A DNA stretch of 64,000 nucleotides from Vicinamibacterales bacterium (GCA_965223015.1 CBDCVL010000004.1:310687-374686); one strand, 5' to 3'; positions 39,022 through 47,490 are shown, counted from the stretch's first letter. Translations and numbers: made by a program. The notes: generated by a model from the sequence alone, not told the origin.

Positions 39022-39864
39022 TCATGCTGCCTCGGGCCTCGGCATCGAATCGTAGAACGCGGCTGGCGTCTGATAGCCCAACTTCGCATGCGGCCGCGCG
39101 TCATTGTAGAAGCGGAAGTAGCGCCCGATCCCCTCGCGCGCCTCGGTCAGCGAATCATAGGGGTGCAGGTAGATCTCCTCATACTTCAGCGACCGCCAGA
39201 GCCGCTCCACGAAGATGTTGTCGAGGTAGCGGCCCTTGCCGTCCATGCTGATCTTGATCCCCCGGTCGCGCAGAACGCGGGTGAAGTCCCCCGCCGTGAA
39301 CTGCGAGCCCTGGTCGGTGTTGAAGATGGTCGGCCGGCCGAAGTGTGCGAGGGCGTCCCTCAACGCCTCGATGCAGAAGCCCGTGTCCAGCGTGTTGGAC
39401 AGCCGCCACGCCAGGACCCGGCGGGAGTACCAGTCGATGATCGCCACCAGGTAGGCGAAGCCGCGCGCCATCGGGATGTAGGTGATATCCGTGGCCCAGA
39501 CCTGGTTCGGCCGTGCGATCGTGAGCCCCCGCAGCAGATACGGGTAGACGGGGTGGTCCGGCGCCGGCGTGCTCGTTGTGGGTTGTGGCGCCGTGCTCTC
39601 CAGCCCCATCAACCGCATCAGGCGTTGGACGCGCTTCCGATTGATCACGGGGCCCTCGGCCTTCAACGTCTGCGTGATCATCCGGCTGCCGAAGAAGGGA
39701 TGCTGCAGATGCAGCTCGTCGATCCGGCGCATCAACGCCAGCTCCTCCGCGTCCGGGACCACCGGCTCGTAGTACACGCTCGACCGGGTCACGGCCAGCA
39801 GCGCGCATTGCCGCCGCATCGACAGCGTGCCGTTCGGTGCCATCAGGACTCGTCGCTGCGTCAT
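39022..39864 (-). CDS. IS3-family transposase OrfB (rve integrase core)
   Basis: From the ATG at 39864 (ATGA overlap with the orfA stop). WATDITYIPMARGFAYLVAIIDWYSRRVLAW, NTDQGSQFTA, WRSLKYEEIY. The 526-aa track ORF is a read-through chimera. Confidence 0.85.
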   Translation of the reverse strand: MTQRRVLMAPNGTLSMRRQCALLAVTRSSVYYEPVVPDAEELALMRRIDELHLQHPFFGSRMITQTLKAEGPVINRKRVQRLMRLMGLESTAPQPTTSTPAPDHPVYPYLLRGLTIARPNQVWATDITYIPMARGFAYLVAIIDWYSRRVLAWRLSNTLDTGFCIEALRDALAHFGRPTIFNTDQGSQFTAGDFTRVLRDRGIKISMDGKGRYLDNIFVERLWRSLKYEEIYLHPYDSLTEAREGIGRYFRFYNDARPHAKLGYQTPAAFYDSMPRPEAA

Positions 39865-40145
39865 CGGGAGCGCCCGAGCCCGTTGGATAAAAAATCCCGC
39901 TCCACCGTCAGCTCGCCGATCTTCTTGAGTAGGACATCTTCCCGCTCCGACGCCCCGCCATCGCCATGGTCCGTCTCGAACGACTGCGCCGCGTTGTCGA
40001 GCAGCTGCCGTTTCCACTTGTAGACTACGTTGGCGTGGACCTTGTAGCGGCGCGCAATCTCGGCCACCGACTCCTGGTCTCGCAGTGCCGCCAACGCCAC
40101 CTTCGCCTTGAACGCCGGGTTGTGCTTCGTACGGGTCTTCTTCAT
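39861..40145 (-). CDS. IS3-family transposase OrfA
   Basis: 94 aa. FKAKVALAALRDQESVAEIARRYKVHANVVYKWKRQ. Paralogous to the copy 1 OrfA. Confidence 0.85.
   Translation of the reverse strand: MKKTRTKHNPAFKAKVALAALRDQESVAEIARRYKVHANVVYKWKRQLLDNAAQSFETDHGDGGASEREDVLLKKIGELTVERDFLSNGLGRSR
39888..39894 (-). promoter_or_regulatory. putative -1 frameshift heptamer T_TTT_TTA
   Basis: GAT TTT TTA in the orfA zero frame, at the same ERDFL position as in copy 1. Confidence 0.45.
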
Positions 40146-40226
40146 GGTATCGGCTCCTCCCTCTTCTGTTGGGAGCAGGCTCGAATACCACCTTAGCTGC
40201 TGGTCCGAAAATCGGGGTCCACTTCA

Positions 40227-40602
40227 GATCGCGCGCCCAGGCTACCTGCACTGCAAGCAGCGGCAGGCTCCCGGCACCCATCCCGTGGAGCTTCCGCAGG
40301 AGGCCAAAAATAGGGTTGGCTTCATTGAGCGCATATAGCTCGCGCAAGTGGCGGAGCGATTTCTGCCTGGTGCTGTCCGTGGTCTTGCCAAGAATGTTCC
40401 GCTGAAGAATGGCCGCGCGGTAACCAACAGCGCCGGAACCGAACGGAACGATGGCCAATGTTGCGCTGAGTTCCTGCAGCATCATGGTTCGGCTAATGTG
40501 TGGGCCGCCTGAGGAGAATTTGAGACCGAATGTCTCGAGAGCGGGCGAAGCGGCAGGAAAGCCAAGTGAGGAAAGGTCGCTCACCGCGGTTATCTCATTC
40601 AT
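40227..40602 (-). pseudogene. brxA: BrxA (DUF1819), N-terminal part
   Basis: ..ISRTMMLQELSATLAIVP......AILQRNILGKTTDSTRQKSLRHLRELYAL....LLAVQVAWARD. This matches my memory of the DUF1819 pattern (..N.L.K.S..T.KR....I..RL..L). Confidence 0.65.
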
Positions 40603-40683
40603 AAAGTCATGCTGCTGACACTGGTGTCAGGCGTTGTTGCATGAATCGGAGCTAGCCCGCACCGATCCCGATCCACAGTTCCT

Positions 40684-40990
40684 TCACCGACCGATGCGGT
40701 ACGACATTGGCCTGCCAAGCACAGTCATCTGATTCAGGATGTTGCACGCGAGGTCGACCTCAGTCCCCCGCCCTGCGGGACTGCACGCTCGAAGGTTGTC
40801 TCCGATGATCGATTTGTATCGGAAGAACGCGTTCTCCACGCGGGCCTGCCCATGATAGCCCGACGTCTTCTTCCAGCGTCGCCGTCCTCTCTTCTTGACC
40901 CGGATTTCCGATTTGGCTGTGGTACCGTATCGGCAGGCCAGTCGCGGCGCCTTGATTTCCGGGGCTCCGACGCAAGGAACCCCGCCACGG
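40684..40990 (-). pseudogene. IS5-family transposase, C-terminal fragment only
   Basis: My own translation: ..IKAPRLACRYGTTAKSEIRVKKRGRRRWKKTSGYHGQARVENAFFRYKSIIGDNLRACSPAGRGTEVDLACNILNQMTVLGRPMSYRIGR-stop (TGA at 40686-40684). The upstream part is replaced by IS1380. Confidence 0.75.
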
Positions 40991-42362
40991 AGGGTGACAC
41001 CCTGTGGGTGAATTACAGCACGAGGCGTTTCAGTTCACGTTCAATGGGTTTCTGAAGGTCGCATTCCAGGGGTCGCGCATCACCTCCGACGCCGGTCTCC
41101 TTCTGGTGCGCGAGTTGGATGAACGCCTGGGGCTGGCGACACTCATCGCCGAGCACCTGAGCGAGTCCCGACAGGGCTTGAACACCCAGTTCAGCCTGGC
41201 GGATCTCCTGCGACAGTCGGTCTACAGCCGGCTCGCGGGCTACGAAGACCTCAACGATGCGGTGCGCGTGTCGGCGGACCCAACATTTCGGCTCATCGGG
41301 TCGCCAACGCTCTGGGACCGCGGTGCGGCGCTGACCTCGACGCTGCATTGGTTCGAGACTGAGCTGCTGACCCGAGCGGAGAATCTCGTTGGGCTGATGG
41401 CCGTGAACCGGGAGGTGCTTGCACAGGCTGAGATGCCAACGCGCGCCGGCCGGATCGTGCTCGACATGGATTCGAGTGAGAGCCCGGTCCATGGGACGCA
41501 GGAAGGGAGCGCGTACAACGGGCACTTTGAATCAGTCTGTTACCACCCGCTGTTTCTGTTCAACGAGCACGGCGACTGCGTGGCCGCCGCGCTGCGGCCC
41601 GGCAATGTGCATAGCGCCGACGATTGGGACGATCTGCTCGTGCCGGAAATTGACCGGCAGCAGGCGGCGGGTACGCGCGTGGCGTTCCGCGCTGACGCCG
41701 CGTTTGCCAAGCCCGAGATCTACGACGCGCTCGAGACGCGCGACGTGGATTATGTCATCCGCATGCCGGCGAACAAGAGTGTGGAGCTGGAAATCGAAGA
41801 CCTCCTCTTTCGTCCGCCGGGACGGCCGAGCCGCAAGCCCTTGGTGCGCTACAAGAGCTTCCGGTATCAGGCGAAGAGCTGGACCACGCCCAGACGGATT
41901 ATCGCCAAGGTGGAGCACCACCGAGGTGAGCTGTTCCCCCGCGTCGGCTTCATCGTGACTAACATGGTCCTCCCGAGTCGTTCGGTCGTACGGTTCTACA
42001 ACAAGCGCGGCACGGCGGAGCAATGGATCAAGGAAGGCAAGCAGGCCACCCACTGGACGCGGCTGTCGTGCCATCGTTTCCGGGCGAACGAAGTGCGCCT
42101 GCAACTGAGTGTCCTGGCCTACAACCTGGGCAACCTCTGGCGCAGATTGGTCCTGCCGCCGCGGGTCAAGCGCTGGTCGCTCACGAGTCTCCAGCAGCGG
42201 CTGGTGAAAATCGGAGGCCGGCTGGTGAAGCATGCCAGGTACTACTGGCTCCTGCTGGCAGAAGGGCATCTGACCCGTCGGCTGTTCGGCGACATGCTGC
42301 GGAGGATCTGGGCACTGCCAGTGCCGGGAGGATAGCGGGCGATCGCTTACCGAGGAACTGTA
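40991..42362 (+). mobile_element. IS1380-family insertion sequence (boundaries approximate)
   Basis: Defined by the single long transposase gene. I could not identify convincing terminal repeats. It is bounded by the IS5 fragment on the left and the IS3-like terminal repeat on the right. Confidence 0.5.
41004..42335 (+). CDS. IS1380-family DDE transposase
   Basis: 443 aa. ..FQGSRITSDAGLLLVRELDERLGL, VLDMDSSESPVHG.QEGSAYNGHF, FRADAAFA, RFYNKRGTAEQWIKEGK. Confidence 0.88.
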   Translation: MGELQHEAFQFTFNGFLKVAFQGSRITSDAGLLLVRELDERLGLATLIAEHLSESRQGLNTQFSLADLLRQSVYSRLAGYEDLNDAVRVSADPTFRLIGSPTLWDRGAALTSTLHWFETELLTRAENLVGLMAVNREVLAQAEMPTRAGRIVLDMDSSESPVHGTQEGSAYNGHFESVCYHPLFLFNEHGDCVAAALRPGNVHSADDWDDLLVPEIDRQQAAGTRVAFRADAAFAKPEIYDALETRDVDYVIRMPANKSVELEIEDLLFRPPGRPSRKPLVRYKSFRYQAKSWTTPRRIIAKVEHHRGELFPRVGFIVTNMVLPSRSVVRFYNKRGTAEQWIKEGKQATHWTRLSCHRFRANEVRLQLSVLAYNLGNLWRRLVLPPRVKRWSLTSLQQRLVKIGGRLVKHARYYWLLLAEGHLTRRLFGDMLRRIWALPVPGG

Positions 42363-42404
42363 GCGCCCCAGGGTTCTTGGACAGTGGTTTGACGGTATTC
42401 GCAT

Positions 42405-43298
42405 CTATGCTGCCGCGTCCAGCCCGACGAAGTCACGTCGCACCTGAGCGGGGCTTTGATAGTGGTACTTCTCTAGCATCCACTGCTCGTTGTACGTCCG
42501 CTTAAACTCGAGTAAGGCCAGGCGGAGCTCCTCGATGGTGTCGAAACTCCGCACCCACAACAAATTCTCCTTCAGCGTGCGGATGAAGCGTTCCGCGACG
42601 CCGTTGCCTTCGGGCTCCCGCACGAAACTCGGCGAGCTCTCGATGCCGAAGAACGCCACCGCCTGTTGAAAGTCGTCAGCCAGATAGTTCGACCCGTGGT
42701 CGTGCCGAAGACGCAGCCCGCGGGCGACGCCCTCGCCAATCGTGCCGAAGCGGGCGCGGACGCCCTGGCGGATCGGCTCCAGGGCCTCAAATCGGGTCCC
42801 GCGCTTGGCCGCATGCAGGCCGATGCACTCGGTCGTGCAGTGATCGACGGCCACGAAGACGAAGGCCGCGCCCTCGCCCACGGTCACTGTGGCCGTCATG
42901 TCCGTGCCCCACATCACATCGGGGGCCGCGGTGGTGATCGTGCCGTCGTGCGCCTTCGGGCCGTGCGCGTGGCCCACGCGGTGCGGGGCCTGGAGGTCGT
43001 GCTCCCGCATCAACCGACGCACCCGTTCCAGCGAGGTGCGGATCCCCGCGACCCGGAGCTTCGCCCAGGCTTTCCGGTACCCTGCGCCGTGAAAGGGCGA
43101 GGCTTCGAGCAGTCGGCGGATGTGGCCGGCCAGCACGTCGTCCGGGGCGGCGCCCACCGGCCCACGCCGCCGACACGGCGCCCGGGACGGTGTCGCCTGC
43201 CGCCGCGCATACACGCTAGAGCGGGCGCGGTGCCACACGCGGCAGACCCGCTGCACGCCATACGCCCGCCGCGTGGAGATCGAGTGGGCGTCCTTCAT
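42405..43298 (-). CDS. transposase OrfB (rve integrase core)
   Basis: 297 aa. WGTDMTATVT..GAAFVFVAVDHCTTECIG, HDHGSNYLADDF, NGVAERFIRTLKENLLW. Confidence 0.85.
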   Translation of the reverse strand: MKDAHSISTRRAYGVQRVCRVWHRARSSVYARRQATPSRAPCRRRGPVGAAPDDVLAGHIRRLLEASPFHGAGYRKAWAKLRVAGIRTSLERVRRLMREHDLQAPHRVGHAHGPKAHDGTITTAAPDVMWGTDMTATVTVGEGAAFVFVAVDHCTTECIGLHAAKRGTRFEALEPIRQGVRARFGTIGEGVARGLRLRHDHGSNYLADDFQQAVAFFGIESSPSFVREPEGNGVAERFIRTLKENLLWVRSFDTIEELRLALLEFKRTYNEQWMLEKYHYQSPAQVRRDFVGLDAAA

Positions 43299-43708
43299 CG
43301 CCTCGACCTCCGTCGGGCCAAAGGGCCGCCCACCTCCAACTGGTCCACCTTCGCGTAGAGCAGTTCGTTCTCCATCAGTCGTTCACCGATCTTGGCTTGC
43401 AGCCGACGATTCGCCTCGTCCCAGGCGTCCGGCGCCCGGCTCTTCAGGCTGGCCTGGCCCGCGGCCAGAAACTGATCCCGCCACTGCGCGGCCCGCGCCG
43501 CCGTGATCCCCAGCTCCCGCGACACGGACTCGAGATCCTCTCCGCGCAGCAGACGCAGCACCGTCTCGCGCTTGCGCCGGGCTGACAACCGTCCCCCACG
43601 GCCGCGCCCGGCGGCGTCTCCGGTCGCCCTTCGGGCTTCCTCCGCCGCCGCCGATTCTTGATCTGGTTTCCCCATCTCGACACGCCTCCTGCGAGTACTC
43701 TCTCGCAA
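43295..43708 (-). CDS. transposase OrfA (HTH)
   Basis: The probable start is MGKPDQ.. at 43675. LESVSRELGITAARAAQWRDQFL, then a coiled coil. 4-nt overlap with orfB. Confidence 0.75.
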   Translation of the reverse strand: MRESTRRRRVEMGKPDQESAAAEEARRATGDAAGRGRGGRLSARRKRETVLRLLRGEDLESVSRELGITAARAAQWRDQFLAAGQASLKSRAPDAWDEANRRLQAKIGERLMENELLYAKVDQLEVGGPLARRRSRR

Positions 43709-43935
43709 TCAAGTGTCCAAGAAAATCCTAGGGCGCAGGAGAACTCCGACGAAGAAACGGCGCACGTGTGGACCAGTGTCTGAGAAATGCCCTGAAAACA
43801 GCGGCTCCAGTCGGTCGCACGTCAGCGCGGGCTGAGTGACAGTCTCTGGAGCTGGACGCTTGTGCGACGAACAGAAATTCGTGCGCTCGGCGGCGGTCGG
43901 GTGTATAACCGTGCCATCCGGGACAGGCAAAATGA

Positions 43936-44121
43936 AAATCCCGGCTGAGAGGAGTGATGGAGGCGCACAGAGTTACCATCTACCCTGCTGAATGGTGGCA
44001 CTTCGATTACGAGACCTGGGATGAATATCCGATCCTGAATCTGACCCTCGAAGAACTGGTGGGCGGCTCGCCGCAAGGCGAAGCAGGTGCAATAGGGAAG
44101 GTTCGGCACGCTATTTGCTAA
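43936..44121 (+). pseudogene. ddpX: C-terminal remnant of a D-alanyl-D-alanine dipeptidase (VanX/DdpX family)
   Basis: My own translation: ..LRGVMEAHRVTIYPAEWWHFDYETWDEYPILNLTLEEL..-TAA (44119-44121). EWWHF near the C-terminus is the family hallmark. The upstream sequence is out of frame. Confidence 0.55.
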
Positions 44122-44254
44122 GTACAAAAGGCCCGGGCGCGTTCCGCCTACAGCGGACGAACATCAGATGCTCAAACGGAAGGCCTCGACGGTGGATGAT
44201 AGAAGAGTTTTCTAGGCACGATGGTCGGAACTGGATAGGAATAGGGAGCATTAC

Positions 44255-44458
44255 GTGACTGCACATGAGGAGCCTCGCTTCAGCGAACTGGTCACGCGGG
44301 CGTTTTCGGCTGAGCAAGAAGAGGCCCAAACGCTGTGGGTGCCGCTGGCGCAGCAATTCGATAGGAAGGGCCCGGAGGTCGCCAAGGAATATCTTGCGGC
44401 GCAGAGGCAGCAGCTGGCTGACCAGGTGAAAAAGCTGCTTGATCAGGTCACAGAGTGA
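44255..44458 (+). CDS. small predicted all-helical acidic/basic protein (67 aa), first gene of the three-gene cassette
   Basis: GTG start with AGGGAG 6 nt upstream. The stop lies 4 nt before the ATG of the ATPase. I recognise no motif. Confidence 0.5.
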   Translation: MTAHEEPRFSELVTRAFSAEQEEAQTLWVPLAQQFDRKGPEVAKEYLAAQRQQLADQVKKLLDQVTE

Positions 44459-44462
44459 ATCG

Positions 44463-46553
44463 ATGGCTGACGGCTTCCGTATCGGGCGGATTTCGGTCGA
44501 AGGGTTCAAGGGCTTTACAAAGGCCCAGGAAATCGACCTAAGCAACCGGCACGTATTCTTGATCGGGCCGAACGGGAACGGGAAGTCAAGTATCATCGAG
44601 GCCATTCGATGGGGGCTCTTCGGTTCCACGGGCCGGCCGAACGACATCGTCCGGAATGCGGGCTATGAGGGCGATTGTCGTGTTGAGATAGGTTTGGCGC
44701 GGGACGGGAAGGAATGGCACCTCCGTCGTATCCTAACGCCTGGCGGCGGCGGCGGTAGCAGCCGTGCGGAACTGTTCGACGAAGGCGGCAAGGAGCATCC
44801 TATGCGCGATGTTTTGCCTCAAATGGACTCGCTCAATGCTGGCGAGGGAACGCACATTATCTTTGCTCCTCAGTCGGCACCCCTCCGTCGTCAACCCGAG
44901 GATTTGACCCCATTCGAGCGGACCGTGTTCGGTCACTTGGGCTTAACGCACGCGCGTGTGATGTTGAGTCACCTGGATACCTTTGTGCATGAGCAGGAAG
45001 ACGAGGAGACTTCTCTGGACGGACTCGTCAGTGATGCGTACAAGGAGGTGAATAGTCGAATCGCGGAACTTGAACGGCAACGCGGGCTGATACTCTCGTC
45101 ACCACCATGGGACGGCGATCTCCAACCATCGATCGCGGATACCGAGAGTAAGGCGAAGGAATTGATCGGGAAGATCGAGACGTCTGAATCGGGAAAGGAC
45201 TTCGGGCAGTTCTCGTTAGGGGCGCTTGTTGGTGAGGCGGAAAGGGCTCTAGAGGAGAGAGTTGGCTTGGATCAAACGCCGCTGAGCGAAGAGCTTGAGC
45301 AGCTGGACGCCAAGCTGGTTCGTTTGGAAGGGATTCAGAGCGCTTGGGAAAACATCCTCCGTAAAAGAGAAGATCTGAGGAAAGCGGATGAACATCGACA
45401 GAAGATCCTGGACGGCGTGTCACTGGACGAACTGCAGGAACGAGTAGAACGGCGGCGCCAAGCTGCCGAAACTCTGGATCTGAGACGCCGGCTCGGGGAG
45501 ACAGCTGGCGAACTGTTGGATCGCACAGAAGGCGAAGACTTGCTTCCCTGTCCCATTTGCGAAACAGGACGGAAGCGGGATGAATTCAATCGTCTGATAC
45601 TGGCTATGGTACACGCGGAAGGCGAAAAGGATTCATCAGGCCTGCACGTGACGGAAAACCAGTTGAACGAGGCGAAACAAATCGAAGGCCTCATTCAGGC
45701 ATTGAACCACGAAGTCGAGGAGTGCAAAAGCGATCTAGATACGACGGTCGCTGCTGAAGATGATGTCGAGTTGACCGAAGCCGTCAGAGGAGGGCGAGTC
45801 GCGGACCACATTAAGGCCATGAAGAAGCATAAGACGTCCGTCGTGGCGCAAATCGACGGTTTTGAAGATTGGCATGGCGGTGTCCAGGTGGAGCTCAAGA
45901 ACCTGCGCGAAGAGGCTAGGTATCAGGAATTGCAGCTGGATCTGAGCAATTTAAGAGCTGTCAATGCAGATATGGAACGGGTTCGGCGGGCGTTCGAGCG
46001 ATTTGTGCAGTTTGGCGAGTCGGTGAGGGACATCCGTGACTCGGTCAAGTCGACTTTGATCGACGAACTGCGCAGGAAAGTACCTAGCGTCGCGGAAGAG
46101 TTGACGAGTGTATTCAGGGCACTGACGAGACATCCACATTTTGATCGGTTGGTCATTGACGAGGAGAAACTGCCAGGCCTCGTCCTGACAGTGGCAAGCA
46201 GCAGCGACTCGTTTGGAACGCCGCGTCCACCGGGCGTGTTGAATGGACAGGCTCAGAGCGCATTAGAATTGGTGCCGTACTTCGCCTTGGGTCAGGCGGA
46301 TGAGGCTCCTACCGAGGTCTACCTCGTGCTACTGGATGATCCAACACGAGCCTTCGATAGGGAACACATCGGGATTCTGATCGAGCGATTGGCGGATCTG
46401 GGGAAGCGTGTGCAACTTGTGGTCGCCACGCAGGAAATGGAAGCGTTCCGTGACTTGTTGCCAAGGAGCTTCGAGCGCGAAAGCTATGTGGTTGTCGAAC
46501 CGAAGAACTGGTCGTATGCAGATGGGCCGGAGCTGGTTACGGAGTACGACTAG
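44463..46553 (+). CDS. Rad50/SbcC/SMC-like ABC-type ATPase with a central CxxC hook-like motif
   Basis: N-terminal FRIGRISVEGFKGFT....L....VFLIGPNGNGKSSIIEAIRWGLFG (RecF/RecN/SMC head, Walker A). A charged, probably coiled-coil segment of about 450 aa contains LLPCPICETGRKRDE. The C-terminus has LNGQAQSALEL (degenerate signature), VYLVLLDDPTRAFD (Walker B/D-loop) and VQLVVATQE. Confidence 0.85.
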   Translation: MADGFRIGRISVEGFKGFTKAQEIDLSNRHVFLIGPNGNGKSSIIEAIRWGLFGSTGRPNDIVRNAGYEGDCRVEIGLARDGKEWHLRRILTPGGGGGSSRAELFDEGGKEHPMRDVLPQMDSLNAGEGTHIIFAPQSAPLRRQPEDLTPFERTVFGHLGLTHARVMLSHLDTFVHEQEDEETSLDGLVSDAYKEVNSRIAELERQRGLILSSPPWDGDLQPSIADTESKAKELIGKIETSESGKDFGQFSLGALVGEAERALEERVGLDQTPLSEELEQLDAKLVRLEGIQSAWENILRKREDLRKADEHRQKILDGVSLDELQERVERRRQAAETLDLRRRLGETAGELLDRTEGEDLLPCPICETGRKRDEFNRLILAMVHAEGEKDSSGLHVTENQLNEAKQIEGLIQALNHEVEECKSDLDTTVAAEDDVELTEAVRGGRVADHIKAMKKHKTSVVAQIDGFEDWHGGVQVELKNLREEARYQELQLDLSNLRAVNADMERVRRAFERFVQFGESVRDIRDSVKSTLIDELRRKVPSVAEELTSVFRALTRHPHFDRLVIDEEKLPGLVLTVASSSDSFGTPRPPGVLNGQAQSALELVPYFALGQADEAPTEVYLVLLDDPTRAFDREHIGILIERLADLGKRVQLVVATQEMEAFRDLLPRSFERESYVVVEPKNWSYADGPELVTEYD

Positions 46554-46584
46554 TCCAGAGCACGCAGTTGCCGTCGATTGCTTA

Positions 46585-47067
46585 ATGCGCTTGCGGTCAG
46601 AGGCGAGTACGGTGGAGTTTGGTTACAAGATTCAGGCACTTGCAGCACACGTGCTCTTGGGACTGAATCACCGCGTTGTGGAGGTGAACCACAAGGGGCA
46701 CCCAGATATCGTCGGCGTTAAGGACGGTCAAGAGTTTCGTTTCGAGGTCGAAGCGGAGGTTATCGGCAGCAAGAGACGGATGCTGACCTCGTCAGACTTC
46801 GAGGGACTGATAGGCGCGGGGGTTGTCGGGTATTTTGCGTTGGCGGTGAGTTTTCCGAGACCGTACTGGGTGTTGGTACCTGCTCGGCGTCTGATGCGAC
46901 GGGATTCGCCAGCGGGCGCTGCTCTCCTGGAAGCGCTGAGTGACAAGGCATTTTCTTCGGACTGGACGCGCGAGTACCTGTCGCTGATCGGTCGGTCGTG
47001 TCGCGAGGTGCTGGACCGCTCGTTCGATCAGCTTGTCCGACGAGCGACGGCGGGAAGGGCCCTCTGA
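46585..47067 (+). CDS. small Hjc/restriction-endonuclease-like (PD-(D/E)xK-fold?) protein
   Basis: STVEFGYKIQALAAHVLLGLNHRVVEVNHKGHPDIVGVKDGQEFRFEVEAEV parallels the E...G..V.R....G.PDIIA.K.G....IEVK core of Hjc/Mrr-type nucleases, but with E in place of the K. An alternative upstream ATG at about 46516 would overlap the ATPase gene. Confidence 0.5.
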   Translation: MRLRSEASTVEFGYKIQALAAHVLLGLNHRVVEVNHKGHPDIVGVKDGQEFRFEVEAEVIGSKRRMLTSSDFEGLIGAGVVGYFALAVSFPRPYWVLVPARRLMRRDSPAGAALLEALSDKAFSSDWTREYLSLIGRSCREVLDRSFDQLVRRATAGRAL

Positions 47068-47490
47068 GCACACGACGATGCGACGGATCCACCGTGGGTC
47101 GGCATAAGATTCGCTTGAAACGCACCCTGAAACCCTCGTTCAGTTTCGAAGGAGCGCGGGCGGGCAACGCGACGCAACGCATCAATGATGTCTTCGACCA
47201 TTTCGGGGCCCTGAACGGACCCGAAGTCACTGCGCCTGTTTTTGTATCTAGACCTCAGTTCTTGGGCGGAACTGACGGATTCGGCGCATCAAGTTCTCGA
47301 AACAATTGAGGAATTCGACGAGAGTGATGGAACCGAACCCCTCCCCGCAGATCAGCGGAAACGGCGCGCTTACTGCCAGCCGTACTGCCAGCCGTTTCTG
47401 GTCTTGCCAGCCATTTTCTGACCCGTTGAGACCTGCCATGATCGTCAAATTCCTCAACAAATGCGTATTTACTGAGGTTTCTGGTCAGGC

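Larger units (their letters stand above)
38770..40226 (-). mobile_element. IS3-family insertion sequence, copy 2 (~1.46 kb), inserted in brxA
   Basis: Ends GGAGGTGGACCCC (38770-) / GGGGTCCACTTCA (-40226), the same terminal motif as copy 1. A 3-bp direct repeat GAT lies at 38767-38769 and 40227-40229. Removing the IS and one GAT restores an 816-nt brxA ORF reading ..VAWARDPLLRATT... Confidence 0.85.
42363..43736 (-). mobile_element. IS3-family-like insertion sequence, copy 5 (~1.37 kb)
   Basis: An imperfect inverted repeat of about 30 bp: GCGCCCCAGGGTTCTTGGACAGTGGTTTGACGG (from 42363) versus the reverse complement of ..CAAGTGTCCAAGAAAATCCTAGGGCGC (to 43736). Confidence 0.7.

Noticed and set aside
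39022-40602. 526-aa ORF that looks like one large protein
   Set aside because: It is a chimera. The brxA N-terminal codons read through the IS3 terminal repeat and the antisense/alternative frame of orfA into the IS3 OrfB frame.
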